A stretch of 64,000 bases of DNA. It comes from a bacterium. GTDB taxonomy: Bacteria > Bacillota_I > Bacilli_A > RFN20 > CAG-826. Below, one piece after another: positions 58,605 through 64,000 of this stretch; within the stretch, counting starts at the first letter, position 1, and the number at the start of each line of letters is the position of its first letter. The position numbers and the translations under genes were made by a program. The notes beneath the pieces were generated by a model, which did no database searches, had not been told where the DNA came from, and worked only from the letters and a program-made list of their open reading frames with translations. The DNA lies in the NCBI GenBank assembly GCA_963651465.1, contig CAVJPS010000009.1, positions 52,395 through 116,394 on the forward strand, given 5' to 3'.

Positions 58605-59960
58605 TTATTTTTTCATGTATTTTTCAATATCTTTAACTTCTTTAATAATTTCTTCTGATAAACAAACTGAACCATCTTCAGTAATTAAAATATCATCTTC
58701 AATACGGATACCAATTCCGTATTCTTCCATATATAAACCAGGTTCATCTGTAACAACCATACCAGGTACAAGTTTTGCATTACGTTCGGATTGATCGTGA
58801 ACGTCAAGACCTAAATGGTGAGAAACACTATGACAATAATATTTTAATACTTGTTCATTTATAAAATGTCTTACTAATTCTTGGAATTCAGCTGGACTTA
58901 TTGGTGCAGTTTGCGTAGCAATTTCTTTTGCACGTATTTCAGCATCTTCTCTTGCCTTAGCTTCATTAATATATCCATGTTCTAAAAGTTCAGCTTTAAG
59001 GAAATCAAATGTAAATTGTTGACATTGATATAATGTAACACCAGGCTTCATATATTCTTGTACTGCCTTATTACATCTTAAAACCATTTCATATACTTCT
59101 TTTTGACGGTCTGTAAATTTACCATTAATAGGGTATGTACGAGAAATATCTGCGCGATACATATCTTTTTCAGCGCCTAAATCTAAAAGTAATAATTCAT
59201 TATCATGTAATTTTTCAGTTGGAGTTGGATAATGCAAAATAACTGCATTTTTACCTGAAGCAGCTATAGTTGGAAATGATAATCCACTATAGTTATGATC
59301 TCTAATTGTATATTCAAATAAAGATGCCATTTGGTATTCGTATTTGTTTGGCTCTAGATTTTTTAAAATTGCTTGAAGACCTAAATTTGTAGTGTGAATT
59401 GAAGCCTTAATTTCTTCAATTTCAGCTGGTGATTTAACCATACGTAATTCAATTAATAAAGGAAAAGCATTTTCAACTTTGATCTTAGCGTCACTAAATT
59501 GTTTAGCAAACATTGTAGTGGTTAAATCCATATTAATAAATAAATGATCTTCTAAATCAAAATAAATTTTTTTGAATTTATTCAAATTACCAATTTTTAA
59601 TAATTCAGGATTATTTTCAAAACTTTCTTCACCAAATGTAATTACATCATTAATACCAGATAATGCTCTTGCTTCATCTACACTAAGCATACGTCCAGTC
59701 CATTTAACTTTGAATTCATCAATTGGATCGATTAATAAAACAACGCGTGATTTTCTATTATTATGTTTAAAAATTACTAAAATACTATTTTTTTGTTTAA
59801 TACCAGTTAAATAGAAAAAGTTTGTATTTACAACAAATTCATGAGTACTATCAGCACTTGCTTTCATTTCACAACCTGCAAATAAAACCATTGCAGAATT
59901 GTTTTTCATTTTTTCTATAACTTTATTACGTCTTTCAATATATTCACTAGCTTTAATCAT
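58605..59960 (-). CDS. pepP: Xaa-Pro aminopeptidase (M24B)
   Basis: 451 aa with the metal ligands HHLGLDVHD and EPG...IRIEDD. Confidence 0.85.
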   Translation of the reverse strand: MIKASEYIERRNKVIEKMKNNSAMVLFAGCEMKASADSTHEFVVNTNFFYLTGIKQKNSILVIFKHNNRKSRVVLLIDPIDEFKVKWTGRMLSVDEARALSGINDVITFGEESFENNPELLKIGNLNKFKKIYFDLEDHLFINMDLTTTMFAKQFSDAKIKVENAFPLLIELRMVKSPAEIEEIKASIHTTNLGLQAILKNLEPNKYEYQMASLFEYTIRDHNYSGLSFPTIAASGKNAVILHYPTPTEKLHDNELLLLDLGAEKDMYRADISRTYPINGKFTDRQKEVYEMVLRCNKAVQEYMKPGVTLYQCQQFTFDFLKAELLEHGYINEAKAREDAEIRAKEIATQTAPISPAEFQELVRHFINEQVLKYYCHSVSHHLGLDVHDQSERNAKLVPGMVVTDEPGLYMEEYGIGIRIEDDILITEDGSVCLSEEIIKEVKDIEKYMKK

Positions 59961-59961
59961 A

Positions 59962-60789
59962 TTATTTACCTCCCATAATCTTAATTTCTTTTACTAAATC
60001 AGCAAGATATATATTTGAATCAATTGCTTCAACATTACCTTCATCGACTGCTTTTGCAATTTCAGGATTAAATGGAATTCGTCCTAAAATTTTTAGATTG
60101 TAATTTTTTGCAATTTCTTCAACGTGAGAATGTCCGAAAATTTCAATTTTTTCTTTACAATTTGGACATTCAACATATGCCATATTTTCAACTATACCAA
60201 GAATTGGAATATTCATCATATTTGCCATTTTAACAGCCTTACGAACAATCATACTTACTAATTCTTGTGGTGAAGTTACAATAACAATACCATCAACTGG
60301 TAAGCTTTGGAAAATTGTTAAAGCAACATCCCCAGTTCCTGGTGGCATATCACAAATTAAATAATCAATATTGTTCCAATATACATCAGTATAAAATTGA
60401 GTGACCATTGATGATATTAAAGAGCCTCTCCATAAAACAGGATCATCTTCGTTTTCTAAAAACATATTTGCAGAGATAATATCAATACCTTCACTTGATG
60501 AAATTGGGAAGATATATTGTCCATCTCCACGAGCTTGTCCGTGAATTCCAAATGAGCTTGGAATACTAGGACCTGTAATATCAGCGTCTAAAATACCAAT
60601 ATGGTACATACTTTTATTTAATGCTGTTGCAAGTAAAGAAGTAACCAAAGATTTACCAACTCCACCTTTGCCTGAAACAACACCAATAACGTGATTTACG
60701 CTACTTAAATCATTTAATCTAGCTTTTTCAATTTGTCTTTCTGCGCAGTTTTCTGAACATGATGCGCAATCATGATTACATTCACTCAT
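59962..60789 (-). CDS. Mrp/ApbC-family Fe-S cluster carrier ATPase
   Basis: 275 aa with a P-loop SGKGGVGKS, an N-terminal Cys-rich CNHDCASCSENC and CxxC. Confidence 0.85.
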   Translation of the reverse strand: MSECNHDCASCSENCAERQIEKARLNDLSSVNHVIGVVSGKGGVGKSLVTSLLATALNKSMYHIGILDADITGPSIPSSFGIHGQARGDGQYIFPISSSEGIDIISANMFLENEDDPVLWRGSLISSMVTQFYTDVYWNNIDYLICDMPPGTGDVALTIFQSLPVDGIVIVTSPQELVSMIVRKAVKMANMMNIPILGIVENMAYVECPNCKEKIEIFGHSHVEEIAKNYNLKILGRIPFNPEIAKAVDEGNVEAIDSNIYLADLVKEIKIMGGK

Positions 60790-60797
60790 AAATTCAC

Positions 60798-61391
60798 CTA
60801 CTTCAATAAAATTTTAAAACCATTTTGTTCAATTTTAATGTTTCCATTAAAAAAAGATTTTACAACATTAATAATATCACTTTCTGAATAAAGTTCTAAT
60901 AAAATTGACTCGTCAAAAGTGACATTTTCATATAGAACATTATTTTGTGTACAAAACTTACGTATTAAATCGTATTGAGAGTGATTTATTTGAACTTTAT
61001 AAAAGTAATATTTTTGTAATTTTAATAATTTTGCATTATCTATAACTTTAATGCCTGCATCAACATAGGTACGTAATAATCTTCCTGCACCTAATAACGT
61101 TCCGCCAAAATAACGAACGACTGCTAAAAGTACATTATTTAATTCACGACGTTCAAGCAATTCTTGTAAAGGTCTTCCGGCCGTTCCTTTTGGTTCGCCA
61201 TCATCAGAACTTTTATAATTACCTTCTAAACAAAATGCATAACAAATATGTCTTGCTTTAGGATTGTCTTTACGTAATTTTAATAAGCATTCTTTTGCAT
61301 TTTCTTCGTTTTTTATAGGAATCAAATATGAAATAAAAGTTGAGCGTTCTACCTCAATTTCACTTTTAAATTCTTGATTAATTGAAAACAT
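60798..61391 (-). CDS. yigZ: YigZ/IMPACT-family protein
   Basis: The start is reassigned to MFSINQEFKSEIEVERSTF. KGTAGRPL motif present. Confidence 0.75.
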   Translation of the reverse strand: MFSINQEFKSEIEVERSTFISYLIPIKNEENAKECLLKLRKDNPKARHICYAFCLEGNYKSSDDGEPKGTAGRPLQELLERRELNNVLLAVVRYFGGTLLGAGRLLRTYVDAGIKVIDNAKLLKLQKYYFYKVQINHSQYDLIRKFCTQNNVLYENVTFDESILLELYSESDIINVVKSFFNGNIKIEQNGFKILLK

Positions 61392-61452
61392 AAAATCACC
61401 TATGTCAATTATAAAGCAAAATAAAAGAGGTATCAATGATACCTCAATTATA

Positions 61453-64000
61453 TTAAACATTCATTATAGAAACAATTTTTTCTGCTTTTGCTTTCCAAGT
61501 TGGTTGGTCTGCAACTAAAGTATTAAGACTTATTCCATTATATTGATATTTTTCAAGGAATACTTTATAAAGTAAATCGTTTAACATTGTACCAGTAGCA
61601 CTTGTTGATCCATAAGTATCTAATTTTTCCATAGCACTAACAAAATCATTTTGATAAGTAGTGTTATGTCTATCAGTTGCAAGTGTTGTATATTTATCTT
61701 TTGCAATTAATGCATCATTAATAGCATTAGCACTTTCATGAGTTAACAATTCATAATTATTTGCTCTCCATTTATGATTAGCACTTAAAGTACTATCTAA
61801 TGTATCAAATAAGTTTTGTAATACACCAGCCATCATTTCTGAAGCTAAATAAGCACGATTAGTACCATCACTTCCAACACAATACTTAATTGTATCAATT
61901 AATCCACCAGCACTTGAGCTTGTTGCTTCACCTAAATCGACTTCTTCAATGTTAGCTAATGCAAGGATAAGTTGATCAAGCGCAGAGCCTTCAACAGATT
62001 TATTAGTTTCAGCATCTAATGCTGTTTGGAAATCAGATTTTGCAAATAATGAATTAATTGTTGCGATTTTTTGTTCAGTTGTGCCACCGTAAGCACTTGT
62101 AGTTTCATCACTACAAATATAAGCATCTGCGCCAACTTTTGAGAAAACATTAGTAATAATAGCACCATTATTTCCACTTAAAATCTTAGATGTATCTAGG
62201 CCATAAATAATTGTACTTAAAGATTTTCCATCTTTAATAAAGTTACTAATTGTATTACGATCACCAGATGAGAAATCTAACATTGTATTGTCGGATTTCT
62301 TTAAAGAATCTAACATATCAGTCATTAAATCAATTTCAGAATCGTATGCTAGTTTCTTTTCTTGTGTAGTCATATCTTGATTTGATAAATAATAATCAGG
62401 AGTTGTTGAGCAAAGGTCAGCAATACTAATAGCACTAAATGCTGTTTCAAATAAACGTCCCATTGAACCTGTTAATAATTTAGAATTATTAACATCTTTT
62501 AATAAAGCATTGAGTTTAGTACTATCAAGACTACTCATATTATCAGAACCTAAAGAATCGATATTTAAGTCTTTAAATGCTTTAAAGACATTAACTAAAT
62601 TTTCAACTTCGCTATCTGTCCATTCATTTGTTGAATCTGTTTCAACTACAAGATTGTTTTCAATAGCAATAATATTATCAATGACTTTAGCTTCTTTTTC
62701 TTCTTCAGTTGCGCCACTAGCAACTAAATAAGTATCTAAAGTTGTAAGTTTTAAAATATATTTAATTAATTTTTCATAAGCACTTAATGAAGTACGCTTA
62801 CTTGTTACTTCATCAAAAGTTACTTCACCATTAACTTTATTAAAAATTCCAGATGTAGCAAGTTTTTCTAATACGTCTTTTAAGTCATCAGTATTAACAT
62901 CGTCTATAGATGTGAATCCTTTTAAACTACTATATGAATCTATTAATGAAGATAATTCGCTACCAATTTTAATATTATCAAAGTTAAGGTCGCTTCCACC
63001 AAATCCAAAGTCATCACCAAATGTAATTGAAGAAGCCATAGATTTAAGGACACATGGAATCATATAACTAAATAATTTTGAATCATCAATATATGAAGTA
63101 GCAGCTTTAATAGAAGCTTTTTGCTCATCACTATCAAGATTTAAACCATTCATTAAGTTACCATCAACTAATAATGATTTACCAGCTTTTAATACTGATT
63201 TAATTTCGTTTTTAATTAATGCTTTAGTATTTAAAGAATCGACAATTTCATCTAATTTTTCTTGTTCAATTGAACTACCATAAGTTTCATTAGATGTAAT
63301 TAATGAAGTACATTTACCGATTAATTTATCAAAAGAATTATAGATTAAGTTACTATCTAATAAACAAGTTTCTCCAGCTTCATATTCTCCGTCACTTTCA
63401 CCAGTAATTAAAGGAATAATATAGTCAGCTTTTTCTAAAAGTTTATCAATAAATGACTTATCTTCTTCTGTTTTTTCAGTTGAAGTATCAGGTTCACTTT
63501 CATATAAAATGTGTCGATCTTTCATACCATATGTTAGACGACGTTCTTCTTTACCAAAACGAGCAGCTTCTTCAATTGTTGGCTCCTTTGTAGAAGAAGT
63601 AGTAATTAATTCGTTAATATCAAGTTCTGCCTTTTCTTCAAGATTAACAGCAAAATCATAAATAAGAGATAATTCACTACCCCAAGAAATATTTGCATAT
63701 GTTTCCCAAGAAGATGATAAGAATGTTCCAAGTCCAGTAGCGTTACCATCACTATCAGTTTTATTTGCCATTGTATATAAAACTGAAGGTAATACTGCAC
63801 TTAAAACTTTTGAATTATCAAATGAAGTAAAGATTTTTCTCATTGATACGATTTTATCTGCTTCAGTATCTTTATCAACTGGAATTCTTAAAGCAGCAGT
63901 TTTATCAGTAAAACTATCGACAAGTCCAGCATCGTATACAGCTTGATAAATTGTATTAATATTTTCAATTTCATCTTTCCAGCTAACATCACTTAAATCA
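61453..64000 (-). CDS. large S/T/D-rich protein, unknown function (N-terminus beyond window)
   Basis: The reading frame stays open through 64000, so the true protein is longer than 848 aa. The M at 63843 is internal. Confidence 0.5.
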   Translation of the reverse strand, partial: DLSDVSWKDEIENINTIYQAVYDAGLVDSFTDKTAALRIPVDKDTEADKIVSMRKIFTSFDNSKVLSAVLPSVLYTMANKTDSDGNATGLGTFLSSSWETYANISWGSELSLIYDFAVNLEEKAELDINELITTSSTKEPTIEEAARFGKEERRLTYGMKDRHILYESEPDTSTEKTEEDKSFIDKLLEKADYIIPLITGESDGEYEAGETCLLDSNLIYNSFDKLIGKCTSLITSNETYGSSIEQEKLDEIVDSLNTKALIKNEIKSVLKAGKSLLVDGNLMNGLNLDSDEQKASIKAATSYIDDSKLFSYMIPCVLKSMASSITFGDDFGFGGSDLNFDNIKIGSELSSLIDSYSSLKGFTSIDDVNTDDLKDVLEKLATSGIFNKVNGEVTFDEVTSKRTSLSAYEKLIKYILKLTTLDTYLVASGATEEEKEAKVIDNIIAIENNLVVETDSTNEWTDSEVENLVNVFKAFKDLNIDSLGSDNMSSLDSTKLNALLKDVNNSKLLTGSMGRLFETAFSAISIADLCSTTPDYYLSNQDMTTQEKKLAYDSEIDLMTDMLDSLKKSDNTMLDFSSGDRNTISNFIKDGKSLSTIIYGLDTSKILSGNNGAIITNVFSKVGADAYICSDETTSAYGGTTEQKIATINSLFAKSDFQTALDAETNKSVEGSALDQLILALANIEEVDLGEATSSSAGGLIDTIKYCVGSDGTNRAYLASEMMAGVLQNLFDTLDSTLSANHKWRANNYELLTHESANAINDALIAKDKYTTLATDRHNTTYQNDFVSAMEKLDTYGSTSATGTMLNDLLYKVFLEKYQYNGISLNTLVADQPTWKAKAEKIVSIMNV

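Overview
This is an AT-rich (about 30% GC) chromosomal segment in the standard genetic code. Long ORFs are intact and TGA does not appear to be read as Trp. There are many lipobox-bearing lipoproteins, which suggests a low-GC Firmicutes or wall-less relative (Erysipelotrichia or Acholeplasma-like). Almost every gene is on the minus strand. Most of the window is housekeeping: trmB, a PepV-like dipeptidase, an ECF S-component plus coaX, tex, leuS with a T-box leader, cyclophilin, rex-adhE, pflA-pflB, glgC-glgD-glgA, rpmB, rpe, rsgA, rlmN, an rsmB-like gene, gmk, eno, trmL, transaldolase, ppa, the full atpIBEFHAGDC operon, a long uridine-kinase-family protein, pepP, mrp and yigZ. The most notable accessory element is a tightly coupled three-gene operon at 25183..30639. 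It resembles Wadjet/MksBEF-like JetA-JetB-JetC (SMC/SbcC-type ATPase) but has no JetD/MksG nuclease gene on either flank, and it sits between rpmB and the glycogen operon with its own terminator. Other accessory features are two tandem Endonuclease-I-family nuclease lipoproteins with in-frame low-complexity repeat linkers, a cluster with a fused ABC ATPase-FtsX permease, a short radical-SAM ORF and two translationally coupled unknown genes, and an RsmB paralogue whose catalytic motifs look degenerate. No CRISPR array, IS element, prophage, tRNA or rRNA gene was recognised.
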